Shown: positions 30,512-39,801 of the stretch, in pieces
Layout of the letters: every line of letters begins with the position of its first letter
Position numbering within the stretch: the first letter of the stretch is position 1
Assembly: GCA_046300675.1 (NCBI GenBank)
Contig: JBKCLO010000193.1
Location: forward strand, 70,526-134,525
DNA from: Ignavibacteria bacterium
Lineage (GTDB): Bacteria; Bacteroidota; Ignavibacteria; Kapaibacteriales; Kapaibacteriaceae
Length of the DNA stretch: 64,000 nt
Direction: 5' to 3'
Program-made: the position numbers and the translations under genes
The notes under the pieces: model-generated
Database searches by the model: none
What the model was told of the DNA's origin: nothing
Seen by the model: the letters and a program-made list of their open reading frames with translations, nothing else

Positions 30512-31471
30512 ATGATCATCCTGACCGGTGGTGCGGGCTTTATCGGCAGCTGTATGCTGCAGCAGCTTAACGCCATTGGTCGATCGGATGTGTTGGTGGT
30601 CGATTCTCTGGGTTCGGGGACGAAGTGGAAGAACCTTGTCGGTAAAACGTACATTGACATCGTCAGCAAAGAAGATTTTCGAGAGTTGATGGCCATCGGT
30701 GGACTCGAAGATGTCGAATCCATCATCCACATGGGTGCATGTTCGGCAACGACAGAGTCTAACGCCGATTACCTCTACGACAACAACTATCTCTACAGTG
30801 TAGATGTAGCTGAGTTTGCATTCGAAAACAATGCACGATTCATCTATGCGAGCAGCGCTGCTACATACGGCGCTGGAGAGCGCGGATACAGTGATGCATC
30901 AACCGATCTGCGTCCGCTGAATATGTATGGATATTCCAAACATCTATTCGATCAGTGGATACGCAGGGAAGGCATGGAGGGGGCTTGTGCAGGACTCAAG
31001 TTCTTCAACGTGTTCGGTCCAAACGAGTATCACAAGGGATCAATGGCGAGTCTTGTTTCAAAGGCAGTGCCGCAGATCTTGTCCTCAGGGTCGGTAACAC
31101 TGTTTAAGAGTAACGACGCGGCCTACAGTGACGGCGGACAAATGCGAGATTTTGTCTACGTCAAAGATGTATGTACGGTAATGATGAGGCTTCTGCAGCA
31201 GCCAACCGTAAACGGCATCATGAATGTCGGCACCGGCAAAGCTCGTACGTGGAACGACCTTATGAATGCTGTGTTCGTTGCACTCGGACGAGAGCCGGTG
31301 ATCTCCTACGTTGAGATGCCGATGGAATTGTCGAAGCAGTACCAGAACTACACGCAAGCAGACATGGCGGCGTTGAACCGCCTGATGCCAGACATGACGT
31401 TCGGTACACTCGAAGACACAGTTGCTGACTATGTACAAGGCTATCTTACCCAAGATTGGCCGTATTGTTGA
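30512..31471 (+). CDS. hldD: ADP-L-glycero-D-manno-heptose 6-epimerase
   Basis: Near-collinear match to HldD/RfaD: MIILTGGAGFIGS, GACSATTE, YASSAATYG, PLNMYGYSK, FNVFGPNEYHKGSMAS and FVYVKDV are all present. Confidence 0.9.
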   Translation: MIILTGGAGFIGSCMLQQLNAIGRSDVLVVDSLGSGTKWKNLVGKTYIDIVSKEDFRELMAIGGLEDVESIIHMGACSATTESNADYLYDNNYLYSVDVAEFAFENNARFIYASSAATYGAGERGYSDASTDLRPLNMYGYSKHLFDQWIRREGMEGACAGLKFFNVFGPNEYHKGSMASLVSKAVPQILSSGSVTLFKSNDAAYSDGGQMRDFVYVKDVCTVMMRLLQQPTVNGIMNVGTGKARTWNDLMNAVFVALGREPVISYVEMPMELSKQYQNYTQADMAALNRLMPDMTFGTLEDTVADYVQGYLTQDWPYC

Positions 31472-31500
31472 AAATTGAATGCTAAACGTCGGAAGAAACG

Positions 31501-32385
31501 ATGGCAACGCTACGCGAAACACGTGACCGAATAACATCGGTCAAGAACACATCAAAGATCACGCAGGCCATGAGTATGGTTGCAACAGCGAAGTTGCGCC
31601 GTGCCCAAGATGCTATTACGGCTGCCCGCCCCTTTGCAAATCAAGTGCAGAAGATCCTGGGCAATCTGTCGTCGGCCGACTCAGATTATGTGCATCCGTT
31701 CTTTGAGCAGCGCAAGGTTGTCGCAAACGTTGCAGTGATTGCGATAAGCTCTGATCGTGGACTCTGTGGTGCCTTTAATACAAACATGCTGCGTGTGGTT
31801 TCAACCCGGATAAGCGAGTTGAAGTCGCAGCACCCCAACGCTAAGATCCATCTTATCCCTGTTGGCAAGCGCTCTGTTGCGTCTGCTCGCAAAGGCAAAG
31901 ATCCTATTGCACGTGAGTTCAATGATGTCTTCGGCAAGCTGGATTATTCGACGGCAGTTGAGATCGCCGAACTTGTGACAGATCTCTTTTTGAGTGGACA
32001 GTACGATCACGTAGAGATTGTTGGAAATCAGTTTATGAACGTGATGCGTCAGGAAGTACGCACTACGCAGCTGCTTCCAATCATTCAATCTGCTGATGCC
32101 TCGACAGCCGGATCCTCAAGTGCCGACTATATCTATGAACCGTCGCAATCTGAGATCCTGAATACACTGCTGCCGATGTATATCAAGCTACAGATCTGGA
32201 CCAGTCTGCTTGACTCGAACGCAGCCGAGAATGCGGCGCGTCGAATGGCCATGGAGAATGCGACTACAAACGCCCGTGAGCTGATCACGGCGCTTCAATT
32301 GGTCTACAACCGCGAACGTCAGGCAGCGATCACAACTGAAATGTTGGAAATCGTTGGAGGAGCGGAGGCGCTCGCTAGCGCCTAG
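31501..32385 (+). CDS. atpG: F0F1 ATP synthase subunit gamma
   Basis: MATLRETRDRITSVKNTSKITQAMSMVATAKLRRAQ opens the protein. The C-terminal …ITTEMLEIVGGAEAL is typical of gamma. Confidence 0.92.
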   Translation: MATLRETRDRITSVKNTSKITQAMSMVATAKLRRAQDAITAARPFANQVQKILGNLSSADSDYVHPFFEQRKVVANVAVIAISSDRGLCGAFNTNMLRVVSTRISELKSQHPNAKIHLIPVGKRSVASARKGKDPIAREFNDVFGKLDYSTAVEIAELVTDLFLSGQYDHVEIVGNQFMNVMRQEVRTTQLLPIIQSADASTAGSSSADYIYEPSQSEILNTLLPMYIKLQIWTSLLDSNAAENAARRMAMENATTNARELITALQLVYNRERQAAITTEMLEIVGGAEALASA

Positions 32386-32398
32386 TGTTCATCCAGGA

Positions 32399-32908
32399 AT
32401 GACCACTGCACGACCACCCTTCTATTCGATACCTGCTGTAATTCTTACGGCCTGTATGGCCTTGTGCATTTGGATGATGCTCGGCTTTATGTCTGCTGAC
32501 GGCAGTAACCCATATGCTGCATCGTACGAATCGCGCGTTGAGCTCTATAGATCCAAGCTGGATTCGCTCAACAAGATCCGAAGTGTTCGCGAACGCATCT
32601 ATATGCGGCAGATGGCCAATCTTGAAATTCCAGAGTATATCGTTGCAAAGATGCGTCCTACAGATGTGCTGTTGCTTCCGCCACGCGGATATGCCAATAC
32701 CTTTATGCAGACCGAGGCCATCTGGACAGATCCAAGAATCTTTACATGGATGGTTGGCTTGCACAACGTTGTGGCCTGGTCAGATACCATTCGTCGTAAG
32801 CAGGCTAACGCATTCGTTGTGCTCGAAGCAAACACCATTTGGATAACGCGTCCGGGAGGCTCGACGAACATCGACTCTCTACTGAACGTGTTTGAACGGA
32901 GCAAGTGA
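32399..32908 (+). CDS. Hypothetical N-terminally membrane-anchored protein
   Basis: It begins 14 nt after the atpG stop. A single TM helix (FYSIPAVILTACMALCIWMMLGF) is present. The sequence suggests no function. Confidence 0.5.
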   Translation: MTTARPPFYSIPAVILTACMALCIWMMLGFMSADGSNPYAASYESRVELYRSKLDSLNKIRSVRERIYMRQMANLEIPEYIVAKMRPTDVLLLPPRGYANTFMQTEAIWTDPRIFTWMVGLHNVVAWSDTIRRKQANAFVVLEANTIWITRPGGSTNIDSLLNVFERSK

Positions 32909-34281
32909 TGCCGTCAGAACTTGGACTACCCTTTGTTCTGCTTATGCATGTGCTAACAGGTGCAGGTATCCTGGGCGCATGCAAACTGCGCACAACACGC
33001 ACGATCACGATACTGCTTTCGATGTTCGCAGGGATGTTTGTGCATTCTGTAGTGTTCTTCGTGTGCGACCTCGTGAGGGTGCCGCTCACTGCCACAAGCA
33101 TGTTTGTCTCGGCGATCATTCCGGTACTGGCAACAATACCATTGTGGAAGTCAGCGCGTGTACTTCTTGGGCATCTGCAAGCCCCTTCCAAGCATTCGAT
33201 ACGACTTTACGATCTACCGGTGATTGGCCTTTCGGGCTACATCTTTTACATGATCCTTTGGGCTAGCTGGTACTGGCCCGTTACGCCGTTCGATGCGATG
33301 GCTGGCATTGATCTCGTTGCCAAGTATGTTGTGGCTGATCATACGATCGTAAACAGCGTCTTTTCGCATCCTTCCCTTCAGGGCCAGCTTTCGAACCAGC
33401 CGTTCTATGCCCCCTTTGCTATGCTGATGCAGTCGATCATGAAGTTCATCGGCTTTACGCACAGTCAAGTATGGATCGGTATCGTCTCAGTATGCTTCTC
33501 AGTTCTTGTCTGGGCTATTCTGCGTCAGATGGTCCACCCCTTCATCGCCGCTGTTCTGTATTTGATCTTCCTGCTTACACCTGAAATGTTTGGCTACACA
33601 TATCTGCTTCAGACAGACTATGTCAATGCGGTCTTCATGGTCATCGGTGTGTATTTGATCTGGCAGGGGGCTGAGCATAATGCCGCCTCGAACATTGCTG
33701 CCAGTTCGATCTTCTTTGCTGCGGCATGTTGGTCGCGGACGGAAACGATATTGCTTGTCGGAATCGGATGCCTTCTCAGCTTCGTGTGGCTTCGCCGGCC
33801 GCTAGGCGGCAAAACAGCGGCAACGCTTCTTGGTTCGATTGTTGGCTTGTCGGCACTGATGTTTGCTCTCTGGCACGTGGTGTTCTTTGACTACTACCTG
33901 CCGGTAAAGCCAAGTACCAGTGATCAGCTTCTGGGTCTTTCATTGGATCGTTTCGTGATGGTCGTCTCTGAGACATGGACGTCTGTGATATCGCGCGTCG
34001 ATTATTGGGGCCTTGTTGTGTGGATCTTTCTTGCCGTCACTGCCGTAAGTGCTCTGATGTTTCGCAAAGTGTCCTCGTTGATGTTGCTCCTCTGGATTGG
34101 ATCGATACTTCTTGGATTGTGGTTGGCCGGTACAATCTTCAGCGCGACTGTTATCGAACAAACGCTTCGGCGAGGCATGTTCAAGCTGATACCCTTGCTT
34201 ACGTTTGCGATTGCAAGTTCGCAGTTAGTAACTTCGGCCTCAGAACGACTTACGGCTTGGGAGATGCGCCGTTCTGCATAA
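32905..34281 (+). CDS. Polytopic integral membrane protein (about 11-13 TM helices; possibly a GT-C-like glycosyltransferase)
   Basis: It is linked to the upstream gene by an ATGA overlap. The 458-aa product is hydrophobic throughout. The loop motif …PFDAMAGIDLVAKY… lies in the first half. The assignment is speculative. Confidence 0.55.
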   Translation: MMPSELGLPFVLLMHVLTGAGILGACKLRTTRTITILLSMFAGMFVHSVVFFVCDLVRVPLTATSMFVSAIIPVLATIPLWKSARVLLGHLQAPSKHSIRLYDLPVIGLSGYIFYMILWASWYWPVTPFDAMAGIDLVAKYVVADHTIVNSVFSHPSLQGQLSNQPFYAPFAMLMQSIMKFIGFTHSQVWIGIVSVCFSVLVWAILRQMVHPFIAAVLYLIFLLTPEMFGYTYLLQTDYVNAVFMVIGVYLIWQGAEHNAASNIAASSIFFAAACWSRTETILLVGIGCLLSFVWLRRPLGGKTAATLLGSIVGLSALMFALWHVVFFDYYLPVKPSTSDQLLGLSLDRFVMVVSETWTSVISRVDYWGLVVWIFLAVTAVSALMFRKVSSLMLLLWIGSILLGLWLAGTIFSATVIEQTLRRGMFKLIPLLTFAIASSQLVTSASERLTAWEMRRSA

Positions 34282-34286
34282 ATACC

Positions 34287-35129
34287 ATGGAAAAGCTTCT
34301 CTACATACTGATCGGTAGTGGCGTAACGCTGCTTGTGCTTGTTATGAGCAGTGCGCTGATTTCGCGCATTTTTGTGGCGCGTTCCAAGCGACGCTTGATA
34401 CGCACGATCAGCAAGGAGAAGTTGCCGGCATTCCATGGCGATCAGACACGCTTGCTGCCGCTGCCAGTGCAGCGATATCTATCACAGGTTCTCAAAGACG
34501 GACAGCCAATCTTACGCTATGCCGTGCTGGAACAGCGCGCAACATTTCGACATCGTCAAGACAGCCCGTGGTTCCGCGTTCGTGCCACAGAGGTGATCTC
34601 CGGTATGGAACCAGGATGGGTATGGGACGCAGTTCTTACGCACAATGCTGCATGGTGGAGGACAGCTAAGCTGAGTTATGTCCAGGGAGCTGCACACGGG
34701 CACATTAAACTCTACGGTGCATTTACACTGCAGGAGTTTGACGGACCTGAGACAGATGCATCCATGCTGTTCCGTCTGCTGAGTGAACTTGTCTGGATTC
34801 CAACGGCATTCCTGCCCACGAAGACGCTGCGTTGGGAATCGGTAGATGACCGAACAGCAAAGGCCATTATCACAGATGGCAAGACGCGTGTTAGTGCACT
34901 CTTCCACTTTAATGAGAGCAACGAGATTGAGCGCATCGTAACAGTAGACAAGTACAGAGACCACAAAAGCGGCTTTGAACAAGCACAGTTCACGATGAAG
35001 TGTTCGGAATACAAGTCATTCGAAGGTGTGCGAATTCCAACCCAGGTAGATTTCATTTGGAATCTGTCCTCGGGCGACTTCGACTACGGGCATTTTACGC
35101 TCACATCTGCGGCATACTACTACGCCTGA
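34287..35129 (+). CDS. Hypothetical N-terminally anchored protein
   Basis: An ATG at 34287 lies 5 nt after the upstream stop. The N-terminal TM helix is MEKLLYILIGSGVTLLVLVMSSALISRIF. The track ORF start at 33975 overlaps the upstream gene and I reject it. Confidence 0.5.
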   Translation: MEKLLYILIGSGVTLLVLVMSSALISRIFVARSKRRLIRTISKEKLPAFHGDQTRLLPLPVQRYLSQVLKDGQPILRYAVLEQRATFRHRQDSPWFRVRATEVISGMEPGWVWDAVLTHNAAWWRTAKLSYVQGAAHGHIKLYGAFTLQEFDGPETDASMLFRLLSELVWIPTAFLPTKTLRWESVDDRTAKAIITDGKTRVSALFHFNESNEIERIVTVDKYRDHKSGFEQAQFTMKCSEYKSFEGVRIPTQVDFIWNLSSGDFDYGHFTLTSAAYYYA

Positions 35130-36100
35130 CGCGAGCGCAGTCTGCGTGCTTCAACATAAGCAGACGGAATAGCCAAGATCTTGGTTAGCGTACTTGTGCT
35201 GGCCCTTCCGGCAAAGACATTGCAGTCCATAGATTCAACGCGGCGTAAGATCTTCTGGTAGTTGCGACTCATGAGTACAACGGTAACCATACTGTCGGGA
35301 TGGAGCATGGCAATGCCCTTGTCGGCAGATGTATAGAAATCATCCGCCCTGTTGATGTACTCAACGATCAGAGCACGAACATTCGCGGTCATGGTGTTGC
35401 TCAGGATGTCCTCATCAGAAACGCCATATGCACGCATGTCTTCCTGAGCCAGATAGATTCTTCCGCGGCCGGCGTCTTCCTTCACATCACGAATGATGTT
35501 GGTGAGCTGCATTGCGATACCCAGATCTACTGCGCGTGGGAGTGCCTCGGGGGACGCGTAGCCGAAAATCTCACTTGTCATCAGTCCAACAACCGACGCT
35601 ACCTTATAGCAGTAGTCTTTCAGTTCATCAAATGTCTCGAATCGAGTGATCGTCGTGTCCATGAGCACACCTTCGATCAGCTCGTTCGGCAAGTGTCGGG
35701 GGATGTGATATTGCTGCAGCGTGTGTTCCCAGGCACGAAGCACATCAGCGCGATCGCGATATGCTGGATCGTCCACACGGCGTTTGCCCCCTTCAACATA
35801 GAGCGAGGCAACATCTGATCGCCAATGTTCGACAAGGGCAACTGCATCCTCTCGGGAGACGTCGCCACGCTCCATGGCAACATCGATCAGATCATCAACA
35901 TATCTGCAGAATGCATAGACAGCATAACATGCATCACGTTTCGAAGCAGGTATAAAGTGCGATGCCGCATAGAATGTCTTTGCATGTGTCTTTGTTACAG
36001 ACCTGCATACCGAATATGCTTGTTCTATGGTTGGTTCTGTGATCACGCCGTGAACATTTCCTAGCTTTGATGCCACAAGAAGAAAGATCGATCTCGACAT
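35120..36100 (-). CDS. Squalene/phytoene synthase family protein (CrtB/HpnD-like)
   Basis: TFYAASHFIPASKRDACYAVYAFCRYVDDLID carries the first Asp-rich motif. LTNIIRDVKEDAGRGRIYL is a second conserved block. I place the start at the ATG at 36100; GTG at 36112 is the alternative. Confidence 0.8.
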   Translation of the reverse strand: MSRSIFLLVASKLGNVHGVITEPTIEQAYSVCRSVTKTHAKTFYAASHFIPASKRDACYAVYAFCRYVDDLIDVAMERGDVSREDAVALVEHWRSDVASLYVEGGKRRVDDPAYRDRADVLRAWEHTLQQYHIPRHLPNELIEGVLMDTTITRFETFDELKDYCYKVASVVGLMTSEIFGYASPEALPRAVDLGIAMQLTNIIRDVKEDAGRGRIYLAQEDMRAYGVSDEDILSNTMTANVRALIVEYINRADDFYTSADKGIAMLHPDSMVTVVLMSRNYQKILRRVESMDCNVFAGRASTSTLTKILAIPSAYVEARRLRSRQA

Positions 36101-37445
36101 GAAGATACGCACCCTCTATCGCTGTTCCACGTGTGGACATTCAACACCTAAGTGGGTTGGTAAATGTCCGGGCTGCGGTGCCTGGGAATCAATGGTCGAA
36201 GAAGTCGAACAAAGCGCATCAAAAAAGAAGTCGCAGAATGTGAGCGCCTCTCAAACGCAGTTTCTTAATGCGGTATCACACGAGGGAATGCGTCGCATCT
36301 CGACGCGAATGCAGGAGCTTGACCGGGTCGTTGGCGGCGGTATCGTGCCGGGTAGTGTTGTTCTGGTAGGGGGCGATCCTGGAATGGGCAAGAGCACGCT
36401 GATGCTTCAGGTTGCTTCCAACATTTCTGTGCAGATGCCATCAGCCCCGTGCCTCTACGTAACCGGCGAGGAGAGCTTGTTCCAGTTACGTCAGCGTGCA
36501 GAGCGGCTTGGTGTAGCCACAGATAACATCATCGTGGCTGCCGAGACGAATGTGGAGCGCATTGCTGCAATAATGGACCGTGATAAGCCATCGTTTGTGA
36601 TCGTTGACTCCGTGCAGACCATCACGACTGACCTCTTGGAATCGTCGGCGGGAAGTGTGGCGCAGGTGCGCGAATGCACGGCGCTGCTTACCAAGGTTGC
36701 AAAGTCATCGGGTGTGCCGCTCTTCATCATTGGACATGTTACCAAAGACGGCATGATCGCCGGACCCAAGGTGCTCGAACACATGGTGGATGCTGTGCTG
36801 CAGTTCGAGGGCGATGGAATGTACTCCTATCGTGTTCTGCGCGCACTAAAGAACCGGTATGGCTCGACCAATGAGCTGGGTGTGTTTGACATGAGGTCCG
36901 ACGGACTTCACGAGGTTCTCAATCCTAGTGAAGTGCTGCTGTCGCAGCGAAGTATGCACGAGTCCGGCACGGCCGTCGTTGCCGTGATGGAGGGAACACG
37001 TCCACTCCTTCTCGAAGTCCAGGCACTTGTATCTCCAACCGGATACAGTCAGCCACAACGCGTGAGCACTGGATACGATACCAAGCGCCTGCAGATGATC
37101 TTGGCTATTCTCGAAAAGCGAGGGGGCATCCAGGTGCGGCAGAGCGATGTCTTCGTAAATGTTGCAGGTGGAATAGCCATTCAGGATCCGGCCATAGACC
37201 TCGGCGTTGCAGTTGCTGTTGTGAGCAGTGTTGTGGATAAAGCAATTCCCCAGGGCGTAGCCTTTGTTGGCGAGCTCGGCCTAACTGGAGAGGTTCGTCG
37301 GGTGGCTTATCTCGAACAGCGACTCTCAGAGGCCGGTCGATTGGGTCTGGATGGCGTCTATGCTGCCCCCGACAAAAGTGTTTCCTCGCGCATACTGCGT
37401 GGCACCGACAGGCTCTCCGGAGTGATCAGCGAATTGTTCCGTTGA
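36099..37445 (+). CDS. radA: DNA repair protein RadA/Sms
   Basis: The zinc finger is CSTCGHSTPKWVGKCPGCGAW. The Walker A motif is GGDPGMGKSTL. The KNRYG motif and a Lon-like C-terminal domain are present. Confidence 0.92.
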   Translation: MKIRTLYRCSTCGHSTPKWVGKCPGCGAWESMVEEVEQSASKKKSQNVSASQTQFLNAVSHEGMRRISTRMQELDRVVGGGIVPGSVVLVGGDPGMGKSTLMLQVASNISVQMPSAPCLYVTGEESLFQLRQRAERLGVATDNIIVAAETNVERIAAIMDRDKPSFVIVDSVQTITTDLLESSAGSVAQVRECTALLTKVAKSSGVPLFIIGHVTKDGMIAGPKVLEHMVDAVLQFEGDGMYSYRVLRALKNRYGSTNELGVFDMRSDGLHEVLNPSEVLLSQRSMHESGTAVVAVMEGTRPLLLEVQALVSPTGYSQPQRVSTGYDTKRLQMILAILEKRGGIQVRQSDVFVNVAGGIAIQDPAIDLGVAVAVVSSVVDKAIPQGVAFVGELGLTGEVRRVAYLEQRLSEAGRLGLDGVYAAPDKSVSSRILRGTDRLSGVISELFR

Positions 37446-37493
37446 ACGGCCAGTGGCTATCTTGCACACATTCGTGTAGCAACACCAACCAGC

Positions 37494-38558
37494 ATGTTCG
37501 AAAAGGAAATAGACCGGGTACGCAAACAACTCGAGCAGCAGCTCGAGACCCGGCAGCCGTATACCCCGCTCAATGCCATTGTGGCCAATCACGAGGTTCA
37601 TCCATCCTACCGTGTTTTTTTTCAGGCGGAAGTGCATTGGTGGCTTCATGAGGAGCGCGCAATTCGCGCCTCGAATCCGCGTTTCGACACTGCGGTTGCA
37701 GCGGTTCGCCAGGCCTTGTTGGAGCTCGATGCGTTATACATGCAGCATGCCCGATTCGATCATGAAGAGTTGCTTTCCACTATAGAGGCTGCCGCCAAGA
37801 CCCGGCTGAATTTCCTGTGCCGACCCCGGACTACGCTTAAGTGGTTTGTGTTTCGGGGCGAACCAACCAAGCCCCTTTATGAGATCCTGCTGCGACTGAA
37901 CTATCTAAGCGACCACGAATACCTGCTGCAAGGTCTGCGCTCGTGGGCAGAGGGGCGTGGGGATGTATCTGCTAATGAGATTCTAAGCGTAGTGGAGTTC
38001 GAGCGTATCATCGAGAAGATCGACAACGATGCAATTCTGGATCTTTCGCAAGAAGAATTCGTTCAGCTGCTAGAGCCGATGTATCAGTTCTTTGCAGAGG
38101 TAAACCCGGATCTGCCGCCGGAAACCGTTCCGACCGAGGCGGTCATCATATTCCTTGATGATAAAGGGGCTGTGCCGCTCTCGCAATCACTTGAGCGCAT
38201 GCTCTACCGTGAAGAGCTTCGATCACTTACCAGAAAGAAATTCATGGAAGTGATCGATACGGTGATAGCAAGCATTGACGAGGCGGTGATTGAACCGAAG
38301 GCTGAAGACGACGTACTTCCGGCAAGGAAGCTCAGACTTGCGGAGCTGCTTGATGCCGAATCGCGCGCTAAAGTGATCCGTAAGATCTTCAATAACGACG
38401 TCGGTGCATTCGATGAACTCGTTCGTGAGATTCTGCTTTGTCCGTCCTGGAAAGAAGCTGCCGGAGTTGTAGACAGATTCTATGCCCAAAGCGGCACTCA
38501 TCCCGATAGCGCTGTGGCGATGGAGTTTGCACAAGCGCTTCACAGGAGCATTTCATGA
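37494..38558 (+). CDS. Hypothetical protein (acidic, predicted helical)
   Basis: A 354-aa ORF with no recognisable motif. Its stop overlaps the obg start in an ATGA arrangement. Confidence 0.5.
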   Translation: MFEKEIDRVRKQLEQQLETRQPYTPLNAIVANHEVHPSYRVFFQAEVHWWLHEERAIRASNPRFDTAVAAVRQALLELDALYMQHARFDHEELLSTIEAAAKTRLNFLCRPRTTLKWFVFRGEPTKPLYEILLRLNYLSDHEYLLQGLRSWAEGRGDVSANEILSVVEFERIIEKIDNDAILDLSQEEFVQLLEPMYQFFAEVNPDLPPETVPTEAVIIFLDDKGAVPLSQSLERMLYREELRSLTRKKFMEVIDTVIASIDEAVIEPKAEDDVLPARKLRLAELLDAESRAKVIRKIFNNDVGAFDELVREILLCPSWKEAAGVVDRFYAQSGTHPDSAVAMEFAQALHRSIS

Positions 38559-39562
38559 ATTTCATCGATACGGCCTGGATCTATGTCAAGGCCGGTGATG
38601 GTGGTGCCGGACACATTTCATTTCGCAGAGAAAAGTACGTGCCCAAGGGCGGACCCGACGGCGGCAACGGCGGTAATGGAGGCAACGTCGTTATTCAGGC
38701 AGACAAACAACTGGGCACTTTGCTTGACTTTACCTACCAGCGCCACTATACGGCGGAGAACGGCGCTCATGGCGGCAAGAGTAACTGCACTGGGCGTAGC
38801 GGCGATGATGTCGTGATTCGCGTTCCGGTGGGCACAGTTGTGCGCAACCGCGAGTCGGGCGAGCAGATTGCAGACCTAACCATGCACGGTGAACAGCATG
38901 TAGTGGCACGCGGAGGCCGAGGCGGCAGAGGTAACTCAGAGTTTGTAACCTCGATCAATCAGGCGCCACGTATGGCAGACCAAGGTACGCCTGGCGAAGA
39001 GTGGACACTCGAATTCGAGTTGAAGTTGCTTGCAGACGTCGGCCTTGTTGGCTTCCCAAATGCCGGAAAGAGTACGCTCATCTCTGCTATTTCTGCAGCC
39101 AAACCCAAAATCGCAGACTATCCGTTCACAACACTTGTGCCCAACCTGGGGTTGGTGCGCGTTGGCGAATACAGAAGCTTTACTGTGGCCGATATCCCCG
39201 GGCTAATTGAGGGAGCACACGAGGGCAAGGGGCTTGGCACGCAGTTCCTGAGGCATATTGAGCGAACAGCGGTATTGCTGTTTTTGATAGATGCTCAATC
39301 GCTGGACCCCGAACAGGACCTCATGATTCTGCGGTCGGAACTGGGGCAGCATTCTCCGCATCTCCTTGAAAAACCATGGCTTGTACGCATTACAAAGGGC
39401 GATATTCTGGGTCCGGAACTGGTCTCTGAGATCGAGAAGAGCCCCTTTGCCAAGGCAAACTCTGCAACGGTCATTTCGGCCGTTTCGGGACTCGCAACAA
39501 AGGATCTTGTCGAAGATCTATGGAAATTTGTGGCCCAAATGCGTGCCAATACCCAGATCTAG
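38555..39562 (+). CDS. obg: GTPase Obg/CgtA
   Basis: The Gly-rich Obg fold is present (GGPDGGNGGNGGNV). The G1 motif is GFPNAGKST, and the G3 and G4 motifs are present. No C-terminal TGS/OCT domain is present. Confidence 0.92.
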   Translation: MNFIDTAWIYVKAGDGGAGHISFRREKYVPKGGPDGGNGGNGGNVVIQADKQLGTLLDFTYQRHYTAENGAHGGKSNCTGRSGDDVVIRVPVGTVVRNRESGEQIADLTMHGEQHVVARGGRGGRGNSEFVTSINQAPRMADQGTPGEEWTLEFELKLLADVGLVGFPNAGKSTLISAISAAKPKIADYPFTTLVPNLGLVRVGEYRSFTVADIPGLIEGAHEGKGLGTQFLRHIERTAVLLFLIDAQSLDPEQDLMILRSELGQHSPHLLEKPWLVRITKGDILGPELVSEIEKSPFAKANSATVISAVSGLATKDLVEDLWKFVAQMRANTQI

Positions 39563-39801
39563 TATTTTTGGCACGGTGCTTGATTGGGTATTCCATGTTG
39601 AAAAGTATATGCCTTAACTACATCTGTCGGCCGTAAAACTCTCGTATTGGGTTTGGCAGATAGTCATGGTTGATATATTTTCGCGTCTATGTGCGGGATG
39701 CCCTCGTAGAGGGTATGCGTGCATTTGTGCTAACGAAGATTTTGAGAGTGATGATTAAAAGCATGAATAACAATATTTCAACGTTCTATTTGGAGGATCG
39801 T

